From: Pocillopora damicornis
Lineage: Eukaryota
Assembly (NCBI RefSeq): GCF_003704095.1
Contig: NW_020846501.1
Location: forward strand, 434,001-498,000
Direction: 5' to 3'
DNA length: 64,000 bases
The translations under genes were made by a program, and so were the position numbers. A model generated the notes under the pieces. The model did not search any database, was not told where the DNA came from, and saw only the letters and a list, made by a program, of their open reading frames with translations. Position 1 is the stretch's first letter; every line of letters begins with the position of its first letter. Positions 13,101 to 25,100 of the stretch are shown in pieces.

Positions 13101-16100
13101 TTTTTTGTTGTCAGGAAAAAGAAGAGGCTTGCCAGAGGCTTGCTCGAGAAACAGAAAAGCTTGTGCATGGAAATTTCAGAGATGTACAGGAAACACAGCA
13201 AAAAATTACCCTGCTTCTAACAAACTTGCAGTTATTCAAAGAACGTTTGGAAGACAGAAGGAAACTACTGACAGATACACTATCTTTTTACAAGAAAAAC
13301 ATCAGAGTAAATGATAGTATTAGTTATGTTTGATTTTTTTTAAAACTGTAGACATATTAGTCAAAGCTGTCTTTAGCATTAGTTTTAAATTTTAATGGCA
13401 AAACTTTCCTTTCTATTCTTGTCTCTTTAAGGCACATGATAAGCTTGATGAAATAAGAGACAAAATTACAGAAGAGAAGCTAACCATTGAAGATCAAAAG
13501 GAGCTGTATGGAGCAATTAATGCAGCATCTGCAGCTCAACTGCGAGATGGAAAGATACTGCAAGAGAAGATGGCAGATGGGAAACACCAACCTGTCATAG
13601 TGAGAATGTATGAGGAACTGCAAGAGCGCAGCACAGCTATGCTTGTTGACGTTGAACCTGATCCTGCAGACAAGGAATTTGAAGATGTAAGATTCTGATC
13701 TTTATCCAGTTTTGTGAAACTTGCCTAAAACAGACAGTCAGGTTGTGTTTTGTATCAGAAGAAGGTGATATCACAAGAAAAGAAGGAGAGGACTCAGTAA
13801 ACACATATCTATACCACAAGTGAAGGGGAATGCAAGTAATTAATTAATGACTGATCATTGGTTTAGTGTATGATTGGTTGAGACGGTGGGGGTCTTATTT
13901 ATTTAATGCATTGGAGAGGGTTAGGGTTAGAGTAGACGTATCACTGATCAATAATATGCCAATATTTACCATGTACTGTTTTATTTCTACTTAGCTCTTT
14001 GGTTGGATTAGGAATGTTGGTGAAGACTTTCTTGATAGCAACATTGCAATGGGTGATTCTGTCAAAACATCACAGGAATTTCTGTATTCACATCAAGAAA
14101 TGGATTCTGAGAGACAGGTCAGAAACAGTAACTGGGTAAATTACTTGCTTACTACTTATACCTGTATTACCAGATCCAACAAAACATCTGGTAATAGCAC
14201 ACCTGTGTTCAGCAAGGTTTTGCAGCAGCTTATGACCAGGTTCTAGTTTAGAGTTTTGCTACTGATAAGATCTTCACTCAAGCCATTAAATGCACTAGTT
14301 AAGCAACCATCTCATTATTCTTTAGACAGTAAGTGTTTTTTGAGCTGATTAATCAGAAAGCATTTTCTAGGTTATTTTTATTATTTTACCTGTAACATGA
14401 TAAGCTTTTCATTAATTTTAAAACTTATGTGATAATTTTACCATTGGGGTTCTCACCACAAAGGGATTTCAGAAGAAGGAACAAATCCGAGAGTAAAGAA
14501 AGATGGTATTTGTTTTGCCACAAAAGCTGAGCAAGAAAGGCACAAAGTAGTTGCAACAATTAAGTACAGAATTTATACCTGACAAAAATTTTGCAGTATT
14601 CACCAAATATTTATTTTTTTGCAGGTTTTTGCAGATCAAATGGCCAAAGCTATTGATGCATCTAATATGCAACTGAAAAAAGATAGTGCTAAAGTTAAAG
14701 ATATTCAGGATCTGTGGATGAGGTTTTCAGCTCGACTTGAATACCGGCTTAAGTTGGGGAAAATGTACTTTGATTTCCATCGCCACAGACAACTGGTTGG
14801 TGCATTATATAGCAAAATGATTGTAGAGCAGATAAAAAGGTTCAATGCAAGTTTTAAGTTTCCTGATCAATTATTTGCTTTCCTGATAGCTGTTTGGGAA
14901 ATTGGACGAGCTCTTCAATCAGCTGACAAGTGATGAGCCTAAGGAGAATGTTGATGCATCACCCACATTACTTGCACGACAAGAACAACTGCAGGATGCC
15001 ATTCTTTCAGCATCTGGACAAATGCAGAGGGAGTCACAGGCACTTCTTGATGAGTTGCGAAAAGTAAGTAGCTCCCAACACTAAAAGAGCTTTTGGCCAT
15101 GGTTTAAAGAGGAAAGCATGTATTGTTTTATCTTTCTGTAGGAACCAAGAGAGGAGTGTTTGGACAGAGGGGCAGCTGCTGATTGCATACAGAAGTTCCT
15201 GGCAACTCTAGAGGCGAGGGTTCATAAGCTTGGCCAGCTTTGGAACCTAAGAGAAGAACAGCTAAACAAGAACAGGCAGCTGAGTGCTGAGTTTGTGCAG
15301 TTTGAAAAAGACACGAGGGAGGTAAGAAGTCTTGTTGTTTGTATTTCTTTATTTGAACACACTATGCATGCTCAGGAAGGCTTACATAACTCACAGTGAT
15401 TAAAGTGTTAAGTGTAAACTTTGTAGTTATTAAGTTGTAACAGGAACCTGTCCTAATCTGAGAGTTATTTCCATCTTCAAATTGAGTGAAACTGAGCTTA
15501 TTTGATATGCCCTCAGTACAGGCCAAAGTGATTTCTAAAGGACTAAAGAAAGCCTTCAAGTTTTATTTTGCAATGGTGTCAACCATACTAAAAATACACA
15601 ATTGATTGATTTGATGCTGTAATCCAGCAAATCTACCTTTTTTTTCCATTTTGGAATATTGATTGCTGTAACGGTTTAATCTTCAGAGGCATTAAAATCA
15701 ATAAACTACCTGAGATGTCATGTTCTAGGCCTTTTTTTTTTCTAAACAGTGTTCTGTTGTCATTGTTTTAGGTCATACTATGGATCAAAGAACAGAGTGA
15801 TACATTTTTCCCTGTCAAAGTAGACTACAGCTCCCTTCCCATTGACCCAAGAGAGTTAGAAGACAAGCTGCAAAGGTTCAAAGATGCTGCAAGGGTAAGA
15901 AATAGAGAGAAGTTTAAGTCATTCTTTTCAAATTTAAAACCTGGGCTCTACTTGGGGGAATTGGTTGAAAGTATAGGGAGTTGAAGGGCTTTGCTCTGTG
16001 AGCTTCTGGAAAGAACTACTTTTTTAACATCTGGACACCATTTTTTTCTAAACCTCACATGCGCCTTTCATCAATATTTAGTCTTTGTGTGAAACTGGTT

Positions 16101-19100
16101 AAAACTGGTCTGAGAAAAGCAGTATAAGTTAGTCTGTAAATGTTCATGTAAAATGTACATAGTACGGGGTAAAGACCACCTATTGAAATTTGTTCTTCTT
16201 CACATGTAGTTCTAAGTTGTTTTTGGTTCCTCCCTCAGCGTACTGATGAAGATGTCCAAGCTCATCTGCGCGCTGCAGAGGAGCTGTCAGAGGCAGAGGG
16301 TAGCTACAAAGCAGCCATTAGAGTCATTACAGATGAACTTCAGATTGCTTATCAAAGGTTTAAGACCCTGCTAGCAGATTATGAGGTTTTGCTGTCAATG
16401 TCAGCAACATTTTACACTAGTGTGGAAAAAGTAAGTGTTGTAATCTGCCCCTTTCATTCCTAATTTCTCAATAGTTATAAATTTGGTCATACATTTTGTA
16501 GAGTTTTTGTTCTGAGAATTAGCATTGGATTATGTAACATCCTTGAAATGATCTTTTCTTTATTTTCACTATATGTTTACTTGATTAGTATTGATATTAT
16601 AAGTAGAAATTACTTGTTACTGTTGGAAAAAAAGACTATCAAATAAATTTGCCAGGAATTTTAAAATGTAATCATTTTGCTTACAGCTTTCCTTATTGCA
16701 TTATTTTTGTTCTATGTTTGCATAACAGTAAAAGTGTCATTATCTTTAACTGAACTACTGACACTCTTCCATTTCTTAATGCAACCATTAAATATACATT
16801 CAGGAACATTTCATAGATCTGCAATGATCATTTCGAAGCTTGAACATCCCCTCCTTGGCATTAGAACTTTTGAAGATAAGTTTATTCAAATTCCTGCCCC
16901 CTTCCCCACAGGTTAAAATTGTGTTCAAATGCCCTGCCTAAGTGCTGAATTTGATGGTAAATTTTTTTGCAAGTGGCAAGATCAGTAGCTGTGACTTTCT
17001 TGTGGACCTTTTCTTCAGAGCCATCTGCTTATGAAATTAAACTCTTTACCTTTTAACACCACCACATTAAAAGATAAAAAACATGTATTCCACTGGAGAG
17101 AATTTACAGTTATGCTTTCAATTCCCCACCCAGACAAGGTTCAAATCAGGGCATTAATAGGTTGAATGAACTCATTTTGAGGTTTCTTGGTGGTGCTTTG
17201 TGCACTCTTGATTCCTAGAGAATTACAACATCAGGAAAATAACTTTTCTCCTGACTGGATTTCATTTCAGCTTCTCCAAATGATGGATGAAATGACATAT
17301 GGCCTTCAAAGCCAACCCCTCCCCAGAGACATCAACAATGCCCAGCTCCTGCTACAAGACCATCTTGCCAACTACCAGACAGTTCAAGACCTGTACAGCT
17401 TCACCACTGTTAGTGCACAGGATGTCTTGAGCCGGGCTGCCACTTCAGCAGCTGTCTCTGTGTCTCGTGATGAAATCAAGGGCTTCCTTGAGAGATCAGA
17501 AGGAAGACATGAGGAATGGAGGTCTCTTTGGGAGCACCATAGGGACAAGTTGTTAGAAAGTGTGCGATTGTGTGAATTTGAGCAGGCTATCAGTGCGGTA
17601 TGTTTGTAAACTCTATTAGAAGTATGTAAAGGCTGAAATGTCTCAATTACCTTTGAAAGTAATTTCAATTTTTACAAAGTGAAATAGATAACAGTATGAG
17701 GTATTTAGAATAAGAGAGATGGTAAGTTTTGAGCTCAGTAAAGTGATAGAGAAAGATGTTTTTTGTCTTGTCACGAGTGTGGGACAAAGAAAAAATTCTG
17801 CGTTCCCATGAGGAATTGAACCTTAGACCTTCAGATCTACAAACATGACGCTATCTTGCTCGTGACAAGACAAAAATCATCTTTCTCAAGCTTGAGGTAT
17901 TGTTTTTTTTTTTCTTTTTCTTTATTAGGGGATATTTCCTTCTTGACATTTTATTTCTGTCAACTCCCTTTGTGTATGGAGCTCATTCAATTTGAAATGC
18001 TTTGGTTATGATTTTATGGGAATATTTATTGGCCCTACTTCTTAATGCTATTTTAATTATTTTATGTTCTAAAATGAATATTCAGTGTAATAGATGAAGC
18101 TTTATAAGTTTTAGTTTACAATGTTTGAACTGGTCTCAGTCATTTTCATGTGTGTTGAGAGAGTTTTTACTCAACTTTCTATCAATAATTATTTTTATCA
18201 GGTCAACTTGACCATAGAAGAGCACACCAGAGAACTGCTTGCTTTGAACAGAAAGTTTGGAATCACTTTACTTGATGCTGTTACTCTGCTTCAAGAGTCA
18301 GATTCATTTCTAGAGTCTGTCAAGGTAGCTATAATAATAATAGTGATAATGATGAAAATGAAAATGATAATAACTTGCTTTTCTTTCAAGTTGCTATTAA
18401 GGGGAGATTAAGATTAATTTTGATAGGGCTTGTAAATACCTTGGTGTTAAAACTGTCAGAGAGCTGATCATTTATCTCCCCCATCTGCTGGTCTGTTTTT
18501 TTTTTAATTTATTTTTTATTAAATATAGTGTTTTGTAGATTCAATTTGAGGTACATAAGTGCATTTAAAATATTTTTTACAGCCAGCTGATGTGGAAGTT
18601 GGTAGACTGGTAGAAGAAGCAGAGAAATTGAAGCAATTAAATCATCATGATGCACCTGCCATTGTGCGACAAGTTTCTGCAATGGAAGCCCGCTGGCAGA
18701 GATTTTTGTCCAGGATGGAAGACCATAGGGCCATGCTTGAAGCATCAATAGAGTTCCATCAACTTTATGAACAGGTTTGTTACTAGTATACTCATGTTTT
18801 TATTAGTAACAGAATTAGATGAGAGTGTTGATTTTGTTTGTGTTACACTAACCATTTGCTGTTACATACAGGCAAATTTACCACCCCTTCTTTTACTTTT
18901 CTATTACCCATATTCTTGGTTCTTTAACAGTTATTTCTCCCAGTCAGATTGATTGTGGCCATTTATAGTATGTGTTTTTCTTTTTAATAGGCAACAGTTT
19001 GGATCAGTGATAGTGAGCACTTCTTGAAAACCACCCAAGATGAAGCAAAAAGGTGCAAGACTGAGGAGGAAGTTATAGACCTTCTGGACATGTTGGAAGG

Positions 19101-22100
19101 ATTTGTTAAGCCTGGGCTTAATAAGCAAGAGGCACGACTGAAGAAGTTGGCTGAACTCTCTGCGAAACTTACAATGGATGAGCCTCGTTACCAAGCAAAG
19201 GATCTTATGACCAAACAGAAACACATCACTACAAAGTTTGATCTCATGGATAATGACCTTTTTCGTTTAGCAGAGAGGCTCAGGGAGAGAAAGCAGCGAG
19301 GACTTCCTCCTAAGGTACAAATCCAGCTGGTCATTACTTCTTTAAGTACTACACAAGTTTCGTTAAAAAGTTATGCTTAACAATTTTTTTAACCCAAGTA
19401 CCATTCAATTTCACTTGTCATGTATTATACACGGAATATATGAATACGAAATCAGTCGGTGAAATCATCACTTTATCTTGAGATGTGATTCACAATGTGT
19501 TAGTTGAAACCTGTAGTATTATCTGAAAATTTATACTTATGTGATTGCACGATGTTTTACAACGAATCAAGAAATCCAGGTCCTATAAGTGTATTTTTTG
19601 TTCTGTAACTTCCAGGCAGAAGAGGTAACAACAGAGCGTGTGGAAGCTTACGAGAAAGAATTGCTGGAGACCACTCCTGACACGTCGGGGTATGAAAAGC
19701 CAATACGTGTAAATGTGTTGTCATCATTTGTTGATGGAGTCTTGGGTAGTAAAAGACCTGGGGACTGGGAAGTATTTGAAGAGGCTGGACCAGCCAAGCG
19801 TCCACAGGTTTCAGTGCGAGTGAGATCAGACAAACCAGTTAGTACAGAAACAGAGCAAAAGATCGAGCCTATCATCAAGTCAGAGATCCAGGGTTGGTTT
19901 GAAGGTGGAAAAGCTCTGAAGCCAGTTGAAATCCCAGAACATGAGATACTGGTTCATATCAGTGAAGATACTAAGCGAGAACCTAATCAGATGGGTTTAG
20001 CTCCATGGGGTGTAGAAGTGGTAAAGAAAGATGTTACAGTGACTTCCTTAGGGCCTTATGTCAGCACAGACATTGAAGTCGAAACAGCCCTCCACACTCA
20101 AACATTTCCACCATCTTCAGCAGACCAAGCTCAGCTAACTAGAAAACGTGTATGGAAAACGACCACAAGGGAGACCACTACAAGTATCAAGCAAGAAACA
20201 AGAACTGAAGTAGAGATGTTGGTGCCAGAAAAACCAGAAATGATGTCAAATCTCTATGTATTTGGTGCTTTGCCTAGTTCTGAGAATCTGAGTGTTGAAG
20301 TGCGGTCTAAGAAAACTGTCGAAAGTACACCAGACACCTCAGAAAATACCAGCCCAGAGGAAATAAACAGGGTGGAAGGAGGCATGAAAAGAGCTAACGA
20401 GAACATCTGTCGGAAAATTGAAGACTCTGTAGCAAATACCCACAAACCGTAAGTCCTCAAAAGGTTACAGTTTGTGAGAGATACACAGTTAACTGTTGTA
20501 CTGTTTGTCAATCATAGATACATTGTGTACGTGCAATAACTGTTCTTTTTCCCACAGATTGCAGCATACTAAACATGCTGAGCTGCTCATACCCCAACAT
20601 GCTGGTTCAGTTCTGATCTTCACACCACCAGATACCCCACGAAGGGGGTCAGCTCCTTATGTTGATTCTAGCAAGCTACCAAATGGCCACTCAGTTGATG
20701 AAGGTCAACCGAGGTTTGAGTCTGAAGTGCATCTCATGACAACACCTAATGACTTCAACTTTGATGCTGTGGAGTTAACTCTTCCATATCCCTTTATGAA
20801 TGGGGAAGCCCCTGCCTCAGACAAAGGAGCTAAACTGCGTAGAATGAATGCCATCACTGATAGGTTAATTGAAAGTGAGAGCAATTATGTGGATGACTTG
20901 AAGTCACTTGCAGAGGTAACGTTTTTATTTTTGAAATTAGTATCAAAAAAGGTAGATAGTTAAGATTTCTTGACTCTGCATTTTTTAGTTGTGAGAGTAA
21001 AGTTCCTTGATTTATTTTTCAGGATTACATCTATCAGCTTCCCAACGCGCCATCTCAATTGGCGGACAATAAAGACACCATCTTTATCAATTCAGAAGAT
21101 ATATTCTTCTTCCACAAAGTGTATGTTGTTAATGTGATTGTCGCTATGTAGCTAGGCATGTCTCAGTGTTTAGGATAGGTAGCTGCTTTTGCTATATGGA
21201 AAGTGAAAAAAACCACATTTAGTTTTTCTTGCTCGCGTTTCCTTCACCAAGCAAATGCCCTCGAATTAGACAGATGTTGTGAGGCCTGACTTTGCGAATA
21301 TCTAGGTAAAACTGAAAATTTAAGTTTGACTTTAATTTCAATTTTGTTAGGATCTTTTGTGACGAGTTAGCAAAGTGCAAAGGAAATCCATCAGAGGTTG
21401 GAAAAGTGTTCAAGAAGAGGGTAAGAGCCGGCTATGCCATCCCTTCCTATTTTCTGATAATTATCCTGTGGAAAATCCGTAATAATGCTGCCATTTTAGT
21501 ATGGCTAAGGACCTTTACTTTTTTTTCTACCCAGGAACATGAACTTGACAGATACATAACCTTTTGTGATGGAAAGAGTGAATCAGATAGCTTTTTGGAA
21601 TCACATCCAAAGGATTTCTTCAAGGTAGCTACATTGAAATCTTATGCAACTGGTGTGTTTTCGCCATTTTTGCCATCCAAAGCATGCTGGGCATGTCTCA
21701 TTGACGTTTTCTAAATTTTATTTTACTTTAAATTTTACAGAAATGTGAAAATGAAGCGCCTTCTCGTCCCATAAAAGAACTCTTGGATCGGCCAGTTGAA
21801 CGTGTTTTAGAATATAAAGCCTTTCTTAGTGATCTGCTGGAGTGTGGGGAAAAGGCTGATGTGGACACAGCTGACATTGAGGTATGACACATTGTTTTAA
21901 TTGTATTTTTAATAATTTTTTGTACCACTTCCTCTTCATTTGTAAATTTACATATATATTTGAAAGCTAAATATAGTCCTTGTGGTCGTTCACCCAAATT
22001 GTATCTGTTCAGGCTGGCAAAGAAGTAATTGATCGCCTTTGTGCAGAAATTCGTCAGAAGACCAAGTAAGTGTTTCATATTTTGGTCAATATTAGACAGG

Positions 22101-25100
22101 GTGTTTACCTAAGAGCCCCCTTATCAGTGCTGGTTTCTGAAGCTTCTACTTCAGAGCCCCCTTTTTGATGTGGGTCTCTTTTTGGACCATCAGCGTGAGC
22201 ACAGGATCGAATAGAGTAGCATTATTTAAAAAAATGGATTTGTTAATTCTAGGTTTGAGATCCTTTTGGCTTCTACTCCCAAAGAAGTTGAGTTCTGTAT
22301 AGCATTAGACGACTATAGAGATGACCACAACAACATTTGCCTCAGGAAAGGAGAGACTGTGGTTGTTTTGGATCGAGTGTCACACCCTGGAATGTACAAA
22401 GTAGTCAAACTTCTCGCAGATGGTTCCCAAGGCGATGAAATTTTGGTTCCAGCAACAGTTCTTCAGCGTAAGAAGTCCACAGCAGAAATCATAATGCCTG
22501 CAGGTAATTCCATGCAAGTTTATGCCAGTGTGAATGACTCTGGTGCAACCTGCTCAATGAAGAACCCTATCAGCTTAACCTCTCGTCGGCACTAGCTGGA
22601 AATGATGATTCAGTTGAGAGCAACTCAGTGCCATATCTTTATGGTGTCTGCCATTTTTCGGAGGCGAGGATGTAGGTTTAATTCACATTTCTCTCTCTCT
22701 CTCTTTTCACAGAATACACCGTGAATCTCAGGTCTAAGCCCGGATCCAAATCGCCAGAGGAGGTAGGAACGCACATAAATCGCATATCCGTATTGACACA
22801 AGCCGCGGCCTCCATTAGATTTATCCGTTTCTGATAGGAACCATATTTTTTTAAATCGCAGACGGCAATTGGAACACATATTATGTAAAACAGAAAATTT
22901 CTTTGTCTCCCACTGTTTTCGTAATTGTGAGTATTGTGATATACACAACGAGAATGGTGAAGATTATTTATTTATTATTGATTTTATTATTTTTCCCTCA
23001 TATCCTTAAGTAAATGCCACATTATTCCGGTTGAATGCGGCGTTTTTCTGAGGGAGGTGACTAAATATGATAGTTTTCGTTGGTGGTGACATGGCCTTAT
23101 TTAACTCCTAATATCCACTGCTTTCTTTCCTGATCGCTGAAAAGGTTTCGGAAATTTTTGTCCCTGCTACGGAAAGAGAAGTTGTAGAAGTGGCACTGGT
23201 AGAGGTCGCATCAGGTCTGTTGATAACTCAAGTCATAAATGCACACGCAAATGCACTCATAATACTCCTGAATATTTAGTGAAATGTGAATAGAAATAGT
23301 AATGAGCTATTTGAAGAGAACGTAAAGAAATAGGAATTGTGTGTTGTTTAGTAATCATGTCCATTTGCAGTTCAAAAAAGGTCTATCTGGCTGTTTAAAA
23401 ATGACATAAGAATTAACTGGTTTCCAAGCACGTGGAAAATGCATTGTGAAAAAATGTACATTTAGATTTATTCAGCTCATAATTTAGGCTTGCTATCTAT
23501 GATTTCCCTTTCACCTTTCTTGACCCAAATTCCAACTATGCCAAATCCAACGGTCTACCCCCTTACTAGAGTTGTTTCATGTTTTGTCTAAAGCTTATAC
23601 TTGCATATGCTCCTCATAATCACAGCTCCAGTTGCTCCAGTATTCACTATGCCATTAGAAAATCTTAAGGCAGCTGAGGGCCAACCAACACACCTGGAGG
23701 TTCGTGTGAGTGGTACCCCAGAGCCTCGAGTAGTATGGCTTAAGAACGACCTTCCCATCAGAACTGGAGAGCGCATTCATACTGAGAAGGATGGCAATTT
23801 GTACAGTTTGAAGATTTCAGAAGTTGATATTGAGGATGGGGGAGTATATACATGCCGTGCTAAAAACGTAGCTGGATCAGCAACTTCCATGGCAGACCTG
23901 AATGTTGAATGTAAGAAGATAAAAACACAGAGCCATGTTACTGCACGGCCAGTCAAGCGTAAGGCCTTAATGACTAATTACTAATGCCTAGTTTCTAAAA
24001 TATTTATGATAAAATATATTAAAGTTCACACGGCAACCAGATGGACAGTCAGACATAGTTTGATGCTACTCTGGTTTGCAGATTTAATGAATGTAACCGA
24101 AGAAGTTACATTTATGGTCTATGAATTAATGGGTCTATGAATTGTAACTTCTTCGGTTACATTCATTAAATCTGCAAACCAGAGTAGCATCAAACTATGT
24201 CTGATATTTATGATATTTACTAATTCTGGTGTGACGCGTCCATGGGAGTTAACGGCTTAGTTTGATTTTAACACAAGCTGATAAAGAATTTGTATTGTGT
24301 TGAAATATAACGTAATGGGAGTTTTGGTTGTGTCATGTGATTGTTGTGGTGGGTTTTTTCAACTTTAATTAAAATTAAAAACTAACACACACAAAAAACG
24401 TTTTTTACAGCTGGTGAATCAGAGGGGGAACTTGACGTGGATGATGAAACTGACAGCTCTGTTTTAGCAATGTAAGGGTATTGATATAAATTTCTGTACA
24501 AAATTATTCTTAATCCAGTAACAGTAATTTACACGAGTAAGCAGTGGTAGTCGGTAATTTTCTCTTCACCTGGATCTATTCATTTCGCAAAAGTGCAAAC
24601 CATTCAAGAGTTGTCGTTATATTATTATTATGCAGGAGCTAAACTACATCCAACTTTCGATACTGTACAATAAGGAAAGTCATACCGCAATTTTAGTTGA
24701 TGTACTTCTCAACAACTGAGTTTGCTGATTATCTTTTAAACGTAAAAGAATCTCTGTCGTTTACTGTAATACACTTATAGTACTTTAATACTTGAGATGA
24801 GTGTTTGAAATATTCAGGCCAATCAAGACAGTGAAGCTAAGAATATGATTAGATAGTGGAAGTGTAGAATTTATTACAGAGAATCTCAGAGAATTCAATA
24901 AAGGTCAGTATGACATTGAAGATTTTTTTTATTATAATGGTTGGGACACTATTTTACAAGTTATTTAAAGACAATCTGAGAATCCGTTTCTTTACTCTCC
25001 TACAGAAATCTAAATCAGCTACCCCAGTCAGTGACATTGACTGTTGATGGGCAAGATAGCACTGGGTTTGCACCCATCGAAGTTCAACTTCCTACACCCG

